A stretch of DNA of 63,944 bases, the filler included, from Octopus bimaculoides (Eukaryota), in NCBI RefSeq assembly GCF_001194135.2. It is 8 parts of 7 records of this genome, joined end to end, with 100 filler letters (N's around TTAATTAATTAA, not from the genome) between each part and the next. Parts side by side here need not be neighbours in the genome. Positions count along the whole stretch, not along the records: positions 29,344 to 48,768 come from NC_068988.1; positions 48,869 to 56,614 come from NC_068982.1; 6 more parts are not named here. The stretch is one strand, 5' to 3'. Every line of letters begins with the position of its first letter. The stretch's first letter is position 1. A program made the position numbers and the translations under genes. The notes beneath the pieces were generated by a model, which saw only the letters and a program-made list of their open reading frames with translations, was not told where the DNA came from and did no database searches. This document shows positions 39,936-51,291 of the stretch, piece by piece.

Positions 39936-39974
39936 TCGAAAAATACCTTAGGAATGAGGACCCAGGTTCGAAAT
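38899..39974 (-). mobile_element. Penelope-like element: RT core, deleted GIY-YIG, 3' pseudo-LTR, and an inverted pseudo-LTR fragment at the 5' end
   Basis: MVSLDVRSLFTKVP, LWLRYIDDTF...WPH, FTMEKE...LAFLDVLITR...TSVYRKPT are PLE RT motifs; 39871-39974 is an inverted copy of 39003-39057. Confidence 0.85.
38948..38993 (-). ncRNA. Minimal hammerhead ribozyme motif, second copy of the PLE pseudo-LTR
   Basis: RC: GACAC-CTGATGA-A-GGCTGA AGGGTATA TTAGCC-GAAAT-GT-T-TTGTT; canonical CUGAUGA, fully paired stem II. Confidence 0.7.
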
Positions 39975-40227
39975 AGGCAGAACTCCGAAGAAATCGTTTT
40001 GAGGTATTTCCTTGTATTTCTTCACGTTCAGAATTCAAATTCCATAGTACTAACGTTCAATTTCGGGATCGATATAGTAAAATTTCAGTAAAGTAAGGAC
40101 GCAACTTAACAATAGGACCAACATCTATTTTTTACTCTGTTCCTTTATTAAGATCATTATGAATTTTTATTCACAGAAATCATATATACATAATATAGAG
40201 TAATTTTGAATCACTTTGCCCGAACTC

Positions 40228-40375
<148 letters not shown>

Positions 40376-40875
40376 CCTATCTATCTATCTATCTAATCTG
40401 TCTATCTATCTATCTAATCCATAATGTTTGTTTATAGAACGAGATATCAATTGTCACGGATTAGATAATAAAACGTGTCAGATGTTTAGCATGAATTTTG
40501 ATCTCAGAATTTACAAACTTAATATACTTCTCATTTTAAAGAGATTTCGCCTTTCTCTGCATGGGAAACAATTAATCAACGTATAATAGTATTGTTTACA
40601 GATGCTGCAAAACGTGATAACTACAAATGTCACCACTTCAGAAAATTAAATACGGACAATTAAATCTTCTACAAACAAAAGCAGATGACTAAATATAACT
40701 TTCAGGTATTTGTATCTATGATTAATTGAATCAATCTTAGAAAATTTGACTCCTTTGATCTCTTAATCATTTTCATGCGAAATCCCTGTCATACAGGTTT
40801 TGCGAAGGCGTGGAGAGGAAATAAAATTTGAGGTATTATACTGCGACGCAGTTCGTTTCAATTCTTCACCAAACG

Positions 40876-40913
40876 TATAAATATAGGTTGTAAAATCTTC
40901 ATGAATCAGTTTT
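40876..40913 (+). promoter_or_regulatory. TATA box plus initiator core promoter
   Basis: TATAAATA at 40876-40883 and TCAGTT at 40906-40911 (A at 40908), spacing -32; 36 nt upstream of an ATG with A at -3. Confidence 0.55.
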
Positions 40914-40943
40914 GTTGTGGTAATTGAACTAAACACTACCAAG

Positions 40944-40989
40944 ATGCTGAAATCTTTAATTATCTTTGCTTTCCTGCTGCTTGTAACAG
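40944..40989 (+). CDS. Probable first coding exon of a secreted protein (signal peptide MLKSLIIFAFLLLVT, phase-1 intron)
   Basis: aagATG context; basic N-region plus hydrophobic core; ends at AG|GTAAGA donor; lies in non-repetitive DNA behind TATA/Inr. Downstream exons not identified with certainty. Confidence 0.55.
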
Positions 40990-41455
40990 GTAAGAAAAAG
41001 TGGAATAACATTTGTATCCCACTTATCGCTTCGCTTTCTCATTTTTTTTTATTTTTTACCGATATTATATATGAACGACGACTTAGTGGATTGGAAAAAC
41101 GTTAATAACGCCGAGGGCATTAGTTAAGGCCTTTTTTGTTCCTCATTTGAAAACCACCAAGATCGATGTTAACTTTCACTAGACAGTAGGCCGATGATAT
41201 GCAATGAAATCCAGTATTATGTCTTTCCTTGATGTATATGAACTGTGCATGTGTTACTAAGTTATTATATTGTCTGAGTTAGTAAAAGTCTCACAATCTG
41301 GCCAGCGGCACAGTCCATTATTTCCTGATCAATATGTGCCGAGATCCACTTTAGATCTCTTCAAGTTTAAGTATGCACCGACATCTCTGACAGCGTCATA
41401 AATTAACGATAATAGTTTGGCAAGTTTGGCAGTGTCAGTAGAGTGATCATATAAG

Positions 41456-41492
<37 letters not shown>

Positions 41493-42663
41493 TATAAAGA
41501 TATGGATTTTTACAATGAAANNNNNNNNNNNNNNNNNNNNNNNNNNNNNNNNNNNNNNNNNNNNNNNNNNNNNNNNNNNNNNNNNNNNNNNNNNNNNNNN
41601 NNNNNNNNNNNNNNNNNNNNNNNNNNNNNNNNNNNNNNNNNNNNNNNNNNNNNNNNNNNNNNNNNNNNNNNNNNNNNNNNNNNNNNNNNNNNNNNNNNNN
41701 NNNNNNNNNNATATGGTAAATAGAGTTAAAGTCTGGTCATAGAATGATCAATGTTTTCGTATCCACGAAATCTATAGCCTTGTGGAGAACTCATCAGACT
41801 ATACGAAGATAAATTTTACCTTCAACTCACGGAGGTGGTGAGACGCAAGGACAAAACGGCTAAGTTATTAACGACGGGTTATCTCCCGTAGAGATAAATG
41901 GAAGCTAAGATCTCTTTCACTTAAGTCTCTTATTAAGATTAAACACCAAACAGGGAGACCTAATTTTCCAGTAGGTAGCACTTGAAATGAACACATTTTG
42001 AGAAAATTTCTTTACGATTATTTCACGCGTTAAGCTTAGCAAAATTTTTCTGAAATTTGGTTGGCACTGCGATGCAGATTTTGTAGCGCCCGATCTCATT
42101 GATATATGTAAGGACAGAAACAGGGGCTATTTCCATTGAAGCTTTCAACCCGGTAAGCTAGTTACATTCATCAATTGTTTGTTGAATACCTAGATGCTTG
42201 TCTCATAATACAATGGGGATGTAGTTCCCCGGAATGAAAAACTGACACAAATATCGTTGAAATCGATAGGGGTTTAAATCTTATTCTGTGTACTATTCCA
42301 TACATCAGCAATTCACGTTACCATCTCTCATGATCTCGATGATCTAATTAATAATCTCCATATTCTTTTTAGTCGTTTCATTCTTCTCCAGGTAAAAATA
42401 ACAAATTGATTGAAGGACCGAAAATTTCGTGTGGTAGTACTTATCAAGCGTATCACATTTGTTATATACTCCATGAATTCCTTCAGCTAATCAACATATT
42501 TAATTGTCGTACCTCCTTATCTCAGATGTTTGAGCAATATCAATTGCTTTCTTCAGCATCCGGTGTTGCGCTTTCTTTCTTACTTTCACCCTCCAGCTTC
42601 TGAGACACATCTTTCTGATTGTACTGAAACATTCCATTAACTCTAATTTACTGTCTTCTTCTT

Positions 42664-42694
<31 letters not shown>

Positions 42695-42696
42695 TA

Positions 42697-42758
<62 letters not shown>

Positions 42759-42759
42759 G

Positions 42760-43145
42760 TTGTTATTTTTCTTCTTTCTTCAAATTTTCTTCCATTTCTC
42801 GCCGAGTGTTTTCCGTACACCTAGGGCAGAGAAACTCGTTGTATGCATTCCCAGTTTACACACGCAAATTCACAGGTAAAACATGTATTTAAGAAAAAAA
42901 AAAATTCATGAATGGATGTTGTTTTCACAGCGATAATGCTCTTCTCGGTACATGAGTTGTTCCAGTTAGCACGATTTTTGCACTTCCTGTTGGGATGGTA
43001 AGCCTGGTATCATTTTCAAATAGGTTTCAGTGCCTTTTTTTTTATCATTCCTAGAGATCCTACAATCACTGGTATGGTAGTCGCCTTGAGGTGCTACATT
43101 TTTTAAATTTCTATTAACAAGTCTTTATATTTACTGATCTTCTCA
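42760..43145 (-). mobile_element. Heavily 5'-truncated R4/Dong-like element flanked on both sides by (TAA)n
   Basis: FEKISKYKDLLIEI...TIPVIVGSLGMI...EVQKIVLTGTTHV.RRALSL*, short 3' UTR, (ATT)n arrays at both ends. Confidence 0.75.
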
Positions 43146-43148
43146 AAT

Positions 43149-43224
<76 letters not shown>

Positions 43225-43231
43225 CATTATC

Positions 43232-45880
43232 CAACAAGTCACACAGTATCCAATATCATGATTTTGTTGATGGAAGATACTGTGTCTAAAGAGGGATTGT
43301 ACTGTTTGTCAAATCACATCAAGGATCTAAGGCAGACAGTGCTTTACGCAACATGTGTGCAGTTCCAAGTAATGCCGATTTTTGCAATACACCTAGCTTG
43401 TAGGGTATTTCTAAATTTTTCAGATGTTTCTTATGCTTGAGTGGTATTAAACCCAATGCACCGATGACAACATCTATATTCGACTTAAATAGCTGCTACG
43501 GTTTGGCGATCTCGATTTTCAGGTCTCCATATTTATCAACCTTTTCCCTTTCTTTCATGATAATACTTTGATCTCCTGGCACTGTCATGTCGATTATTAG
43601 GCACTATTGTTTGTCTTCGCTAAAGGTAACTACTGACCTTTAGTGCTTTAACATCTTGTCTGTCCGGAAGTCAAAGTCCCAGAGGATTTTTGCTTTCCCT
43701 TTTTTGTCCATTACATTTTCTGGTGTGTGTTGGTACTAATAACCCATAACCTCATATCCATACATCCGGCAAAGATTTTAGGTTACTTTGTCATGTTTGC
43801 ACTTGACTTTCAGAAGCATTAACAATGCGAATCACGCTTTCGACACTCTTCCAACACAATATGCAGAGGTCCTTTGCACTTGTGTGGTATATATCCTTTT
43901 TCACTGAGTTGGTATTCAACGCCTTATCTTGAGCACCGAGGATTAGATTTTCAGTCTCCTTTTTCAGGTCACCCTTGGTGAGCCACTTCTATGATGTTTT
44001 CTGCTCTTTTAATTTGTTAGTTTCATGGTGGAAATAGCCATGTAATTTCATGCGGAGTAGAGTTTCTTTTCTCTCGTTGACTATTCGTGATCGGAGTTCC
44101 TTAGCAATCTCATCTCCATTGTGTGCAAAACCTTTTGCATTAGCAGCATACTGTTGCAGGTTTTGTTTGCTATTTGTCAAACATTCAGCAATGTATCTTT
44201 TTTCACTGTTGAAGTACTCCCGTACGCTAATTAGCCTACGTTTACCTTTACACTACTTCATGTATAGTCTGTGTACGTTCGCCTTAGGCTGGAGGGCACC
44301 ATGAATTGTCATTGTCTCTCGGGTATTGCTTCGAATTAGCTAATTTCCGCTTGTGTCCATTTCCAGATGGGTGCACTATAGCGGACTACAGCAACAGCCC
44401 ATATATTGATGGCAGTCACAATCACAAGGTTCCTTGAGTTGAATTTTGACTGTGAGAGAAGTTTGGGGCGCTTGAAATATGCAGTTACGTTCTTGTCTTT
44501 CATTTCTCTGTGCAAGATATTGTCCAGCTCTAGGATTCCAAGGTACTTTTACCTATCATCATCCGAATCTCTCATTCGCTCTCCGTTTGGCATTTCTATG
44601 CCCTTAGAATCTGCTTTTTCCTCCCCTTATAAAGTGAGAACGGCACACTTTGATATACTGAATTCCAACCTATACGCTTGCTGCACATCTGCACAGTCTC
44701 AACCAGCCTCTCCATTTCAGGCTCTCTTTTTGTGAAGTTTCAAAGCATCCATGAAGAGAAGGTGGCTGAGACAAGTTCCTTTTTCTCTCAGCTCATAATG
44801 CCCGTTTACTATGCGTAGGCCTACGGAAAGTGAGATCACGGCCATAACAAATAACAAAGATGAACAAGAATTTCACTGGAAGATACCTCTTTTGATTGTT
44901 ACTTCGGCTAATTGCTAGTTGTTACAGCAAAGCCGTGTTTTCCATTTAAGCACGCTGTTCTTAATCAGTGCACACACATTCTCAGTTATACCACACATAT
45001 CGAGTTTCCAGAACCCACGAATGCAGCAACATGTCGTAAGCCTTTTTAAAATTCATCCAGGCCATACACAAGTGTTTTGGTACAGTTTGCAATTCTTCAT
45101 TATAATGTTAACTATCAAAATGTGGTCCTTGGTGCCCCGGGCTCTTTCTAGGCCTCTGTTCTTTCTACTGGAAGTAGACTGTTCTACTTTGTTCTACTGG
45201 AAGTAGACTTGTTTTCCGCAAGGAACGTGTGTATTTTCCCTGCGAGAATGCCTATTAACACTTTCTATAAGAGGTTAAGACAATTGCCAACCTCATTGCG
45301 TTTGACCGATTTTTCATCAACAATGTTGTCTTTCCTTCTGCAATCCATTCCGGAATTGCACTACTCTGTAAGCAGTTGTCTAATTGCAACGAAATTTGCT
45401 TATGTATTGAGCTAATCCACTTGAGCCAGTAGCCTGAAATTTCGTCTTGATCTGCCGTTTTACAGTTTGGCACTTTTGATACCTGTGCAATTATATTTTC
45501 CGTTGTTATGCGCACATGGTCCTGTAGTGGAGACTCCAGGTTATGGAGTTCAAATCTCACGGAATGACTCCACTCGGTGTCGTGGATGTTGGAAACTTCT
45601 TCCTCCCAGATGTTATTCCAATTTTGGTGGGTTTCCTCTGCTTCAGGAGGCATATTATCTTTTGTATCTCTTCCTATGCTCTTAAAAAATCTGCCTCTGG
45701 TTATTTGAGAACAACTTTTCTTTTGCAGGAACTGCGATATGCGATCAGTGTAGTGTTGCATCTTTAATGTTTTTGCCCGCATACATTATTCTCCTCGATG
45801 TTTTCACCAACATTGTTCTTTTAGCCATTGTTCTTGTGTAGCAAGTCTAGTTTATGGCACTTAATTGCCTTCTACAAACA
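43232..45880 (-). mobile_element. Long decayed R4/Dong-like element (pre-RT, RT, Zn knuckle, RLE)
   Basis: VPNCKTADQDEISGYWLKW...IPEWIAEGKTTLLMK; LCILCWKSVESV (knuckle); KILWDFDFRTDK...LIIDMTVPGD...KEREKVDKYGDLKIEI...VVIGALG; 3' end abuts (TAA)n. Confidence 0.8.
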
Positions 45881-46129
45881 GACACCTGCATTTGCGAGCA
45901 CGTTGCATATTTTGACCAGTAAAAGGACTACGACTGGGTGGAGTCTGGTCTTCCACTCCGGAACCCTCTGAGGGGGGCCCTGCCGGGGGTGAGAGATCTG
46001 GTGTTTAGGCTATCCAGGGAAATCTACCCTTTTATGCCGTTATTTAGCTTGAAAAGAAATTATTATTGCAAGGAATGAGAATGATATTTTACAGTGTTTG
46101 CTGCTTGAGTGTGTTTATTTGAGATTTTC

Positions 46130-46890
46130 TTTTAAAGGGTTACACCAAATACAACACTGATTCTAGCTTGATTGCCATCCAAGGCTTTAGGATGCCAAGT
46201 TCGAATTGTGTAACTTGCTGCAGGCATTCCACAGACGCAGAGTACTAGTAGAGAGCTAGAATAGCATTTTGGACGCGCAGAAAGGGATGTAAAAGTATTG
46301 GAAACCTGCTCAGAAACTTCCAGCTGTCTGGCAGGTATCGACTTGATATCCCTGATGTGCTAGTGTGGGCATGGAACAAACGCAACGGGTAATCCAGATA
46401 GAATCTAGATCGAGCAGTATTTGTTAGGTCAACGGAGAGAGGTAGCATAGGGTGTCCACAATTGAAATTGGTCGCCTACACAGATCACAAATTTGGTATC
46501 TGCACAGTCGATATAGAAAGGTCTCGTAGACAGGGATTCAGGTACTGGAAGGAGTAGCTAACATGTCAAGCGGCATATGACGGAGGCATTCGTCAAAAAC
46601 CTGTAGTAATAACCCTGAAGAGAGCGATTAGAACAGAATCAATGGCATTTAGCAAAGAGTTAGCAACAGAGAGAAATAGATTAGAGGGAAAACCAGTTAG
46701 GAAGCTAGAAAAGACGATTGGTAAAGGCAACAAAAGGGAAGAATTCCTAATGCTGTTTGTCGGACTGTGGTGAAACTGCTGAAGAAGGGCGGCAACAGTT
46801 GAGACGTACTAGGGAATTTTCGGCCCATGATACTGCTAAACGCAGAGTTTAATATTTTGGCCAAAGTGTTAAAGAAAAGGTGGCTGAGAC
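46130..46890 (+). mobile_element. L1/Tx1-type LINE fragment (APE endonuclease end fused to RT start)
   Basis: NLDRAVFVR...YTDHKF...QGFRYWK (APE C-terminal motifs) and LGNFRPMILLNAEFNILAKVL (RT start); cut off by the tail of the next element. Confidence 0.6.
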
Positions 46891-46904
46891 GAGGTACAAT
46901 ATTA

Positions 46905-48768
46905 TTATTATTATTATTTTATGTTTGACTTTTGTTTTGCATTTGTTCAAGTTGGATCCAAGTCTCACCCAGAGAGCTCAAGAGACAACAAGTTAGAAGT
47001 TCATGTAGGTGTTATGCCTAGGGTACCATATATTTGGATTTGTACAGTTTTGTTCAAGTGAATGTTTAAGAAACCATAAGAAAATTATGTGTTTGTTTTA
47101 AAATTTGAGATCACATAGACAGTATTTTACGTAGGATATGGGCAGTTCCCATGAGCACTATCTTTTGAACTTCAGCCATTTTGGGGTTTTCTGGTATCTG
47201 AGCTAGGTAGTAATCAGCCCGTTTCGCTGTCATTCCCAGGGCACCTATGACAATAGGTATTGTTTTCGTTNNNNNNNNNNNNNNNNNNNNNNNNNNNNNN
47301 NNNNNNNNNNNNNNNNNNNNNNNNNNNNNNNNNNNNNNNNNNNNNNNNNNNNNNNNNNNNNNNNNNNNNNNNNNNNNNNNNNNNNNNNNNNNNNNNNNNN
47401 NNNNNNNNNNNNNNNNNNNNNNNNNNNNNNNNNNNNNNNNNNNNNNNNNNNNNNNNNNNNNNNNNNNNNNNNNNNNNNNNNNNNNNNNNNNNNNNNNNNN
47501 NNNNNNNNNNNNNNNNNNNNNNNNNNNNNNNNNNNNNNNNNNNNNNNNNNNNNNNNNNNNNNNNNNNNNNNNNNNNNNNNNNNNNNNNNNNNNNNNNNNN
47601 NNNNNNNNNNNNNNNNNNNNNNNNNNNNNNNNNNNNNNNNNNNNNNNNNNNNNNNNNNNNNNNNNNNNNNNNNNNNNNNNNNNNNNNNNNNNNNNNNNNN
47701 NNNNNNNNNNNNNNNNNNNNNNNNNNNNNNNNNNNNNNNNNNNNNNNNNNNNNNNNNNNNNNNNNNNNNNNNNNNNNNNNNNNNNNNNNNNNNNNNNNNN
47801 NNNNNNNNNNNNNNNNNNNNNNNNNNNNNNNNNNNNNNNNNNNNNNNNNNNNNNNNNNNNNNNNNNNNNNNNNNNNNNNNNNNNNNNNNNNNNNNNNNNN
47901 NNNNNNNNNNNNNNNNNNNNNNNNNNNNNNNNNNNNNNNNNNNNNNNNNNNNNNNNNNNNNNNNNNNNNNNNNNNNNNNNNNGAGTTTTTCAGATAGGTG
48001 TCTAGGCCAATTGTGGCTACCTTCATTGTTAATGCCAGCTGTAGAAGTCCTCGGCCTCCCTCTTTTCTTGGCAGATAAAGACGTTCTATATCTACCTTAG
48101 GGTGGTGCATTCTATGCATTGTCAACAGTTTTCATATTTTTCTATCAAGATTACATATTTCAGTAATTGACCAGTTAACGATATTGAAACTGTAAGTCAC
48201 GACTGGTATGGCTAGAGCATTGATCGCTTCGATCCTGTTTCTTGCGTTTTGCTCTGTCTTCAGTATTGCTCTCACCCTGCGATAACATTCTCTTCTGATC
48301 CTTTCCCTCATCACTGAATGCTTGATATTGTCCCCTTCAATTACCCCTAGGTATTTGTAGCTCTCCGTTGGTTATAACTCGTTTATGACATTTTGCTGGT
48401 CAAGGTTCACATTAGATGTTTTTGTCATTTTTCCTTTGATAAAGGTAGCTTTTGCACATTTATCAAGGCCAAATTGCATCCTGATGTCATCACTGAATTG
48501 TTTAACAATCGCTAGTAGGCCTTTGAGTTGTTGGTCATTTTTTGCCAAGAGCTTTAAATCATCCATGTAAATGAGATGATATATATTTTTATCAAATATT
48601 TTATAACCATACTGTGCATCATTGAGCAATTTTGAGAGCGGTATTAGGGCTAGACAGAAGAGGAGTGGTGATAGTGAGTCACCCTGGAAAATGCCACATG
48701 AAATTCTTACATCTCCAGTATTTAGAGATTCATTGTCATTGTTCAACGTCAGTGTGGTTCTCCATGAT
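46905..48768 (-). mobile_element. Relatively well-preserved R4/Dong-like element with gaps (RT to RLE, 3' UTR, (TAA)n tail)
   Basis: GIFQGDSLSPLLFCLAL, HLIYMDDLKL, FGLDKCA, YKYLG, RLYLPRKEGGRGL, IPIVIGALGM...LMGTAHILRKILSM*. Confidence 0.85.
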
Positions 48769-48994
48769 NNNNNNNNNNNNNNNNNNNNNNNNNNNNNNNN
48801 NNNNNNNNNNNNTTAATTAATTAANNNNNNNNNNNNNNNNNNNNNNNNNNNNNNNNNNNNNNNNNNNNCAGTAGCAATTTCTAATATATTTGCCTCCTCC
48901 ATTTCGAGGCATATAGAACCTACTATCCACTGTGTTTCCACTTGTGAAGGGACATTCTTTACTGTCACCTTCGTCACTCTCTGTCCAAGATAGA

Positions 48995-49086
<92 letters not shown>

Positions 49087-49396
49087 CATATATGTATGTA
49101 TGCATGTAAAAATACATAGATAGAGAGGTTGTTATAGATGTATATACATATATTCCAAGTTTTTGTTTAGAGATTAGCGCCATTAGCTGCCAGTGCATAA
49201 ACAAATTCTATTTTCGTAAATTTATTCATTACATAAGAACGAACGTTCGTCCTGTTTCTGCAACCTCATCCTGGAGAGGAAAAGAAGCGTCAAGAGTAGA
49301 GTCGATCAGAATATCATGACACACAGTACAGTACTAATATAATTTCAACTAACTGCTACTCTAAAATTATGCACGAAATCACAGCTACGTTTTTGA

Positions 49397-49688
49397 CACT
49401 CCATCGGTTACGACGCCGAGATTTCCAGTTATTCAGATCAACAGACAAGCTACTTCTTAAATTAACTTGCAAGTGACTGAGCACTCCACAGGCACGCGTA
49501 CCCTTAATGTAGATCTCAGGGAGTTTCAGCAGGAAAAAGAATGGATAGTTACTACTCATTTTAGCCAGCTGAGTGAACTGGAGCAACGTAAAATATAGTT
49601 ACTTGCTAAGGACACAACGCGCGATCAAAAGTTGAATTTACGACTTTACGACCGTCATCTAAATACCCTAACCTCTAAGCAACGCGTT
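49397..49688 (-). mobile_element. SINE family B2, degenerate
   Basis: RC has the CORE-like segment and the B1/B2 tail (gtggagtgctcagtcacttgcaagttaatt...gtcgtaaccgatggagtgt). Confidence 0.7.
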
Positions 49689-51225
49689 TACGGATGATGT
49701 ATAAGGAAATCTTAGTAATTAAGCATACTATCAGTGGCTTTAAACAAAATTTCGTAGTGACAGTTCATGCTGGGTAAAAACCAATAATAATGAGAATATA
49801 AGGATATTGAAAGAGTTGTAGAGTCAATTCTTCTTTTCCTGTCAGCAGTGAGATTTCACAAACATGGCTTACATGTGTGGTTATCTTAGATTCATAATCA
49901 ATTTGATGAATCTCTCAATGCAGACATGACTACAATTTATGATTAATAAAATACAACTACGAAAATGAAACTGTTGGCATATTAGTAATTTACGTCATAG
50001 AAATTATTCGAGAGACAGTTAAGCACTACACACGTTTCCAAAGTGGAAAATCTATATAAACAGTTTCAAGTAACTTAATAATTTATAATGTAATTCACCT
50101 TTTACTCAGACGCAGACTTGTAGATATTGAACCTTATGTTGGATTCGTTGTCGAAGGCTGCGGAGCCATTACGACTAAGAGAAGCTATTTTCTTCATATA
50201 TTACATGTAATAAGAAATCAAAGTGTGATATGTATAACATTATTGGAATTTAAACTGCAGCTGTTGATATAATTCAGTGCACGTAAAGCAGTTTAAGCAG
50301 TTACCATTGTATAAAATAACGAATTTCTCATTCTATGGGCTTGATTAAGGATTCACAATGCCTATTACCGCTTTCGCGAAGCTCCAAAATATCTGTTTAC
50401 TTTACCGTTATACATGGAGGGATTTCACCTCAGAATTCAGAGAACCCATGTAAACAAAAGTCATCGCAACTGAAACTTAAATATCTCGCCAATTTGCCAC
50501 ACTGAACTGATATGTATCGCCCACGAAATGGTAGAAGACAATGGTAACCAAGACGAGATTTGAACTAAAAGCTCCGACAGCTGCAACTGATAGTATAAGA
50601 CATTCTCTTTGATGCATTAATGATTCTGCCATTTCGAGAATTCCTGCTCGTCAATCCACTTCTCTGGATTAACATTCGTTAAGACCAATATTTCAACATC
50701 GATCACTTAACCTCTCCAGGATATAAGGAGGACTTCTTGAGGACAATTTGGCGGAATTTTGCATGCGTACACCCACATAAGTTAGATTTTCTCTCTTGTA
50801 ACGGGGATTTCTCGAATTTCTTTTTCACCACATTCTTTTTATAAAAGCAATTTCCAAAATTTATTGCTTTTTCTCACCACTATCACCACCACCCAACTAC
50901 AGAGCGATTTTGGTCAATTTTGGTTGCTCTACACACTTAAAAACCATGGGAGGAGCCCTTTTAGTAAAAAAGAAACAAAATGTAAATAATTTCAGACGGA
51001 AAGGTGTCACATTTAAGTGAAAGTTGGTTGTTGTTTCAAGCACATCTTACAACCACCTTCCTAGTTTCTTTGTCACTCTGACATGTATTGTGTCTGTTTG
51101 TAATTTTAAAACATTGGAGTCTCAGAAGGTCATTGCTGGGATTTATCCATATTGATTTACAAAAATGTTATATAAAAGATCATTCATTTCAATAGAATAC
51201 TCTTCTGTTACAAAATATGATTTTT

Positions 51226-51291
<66 letters not shown>

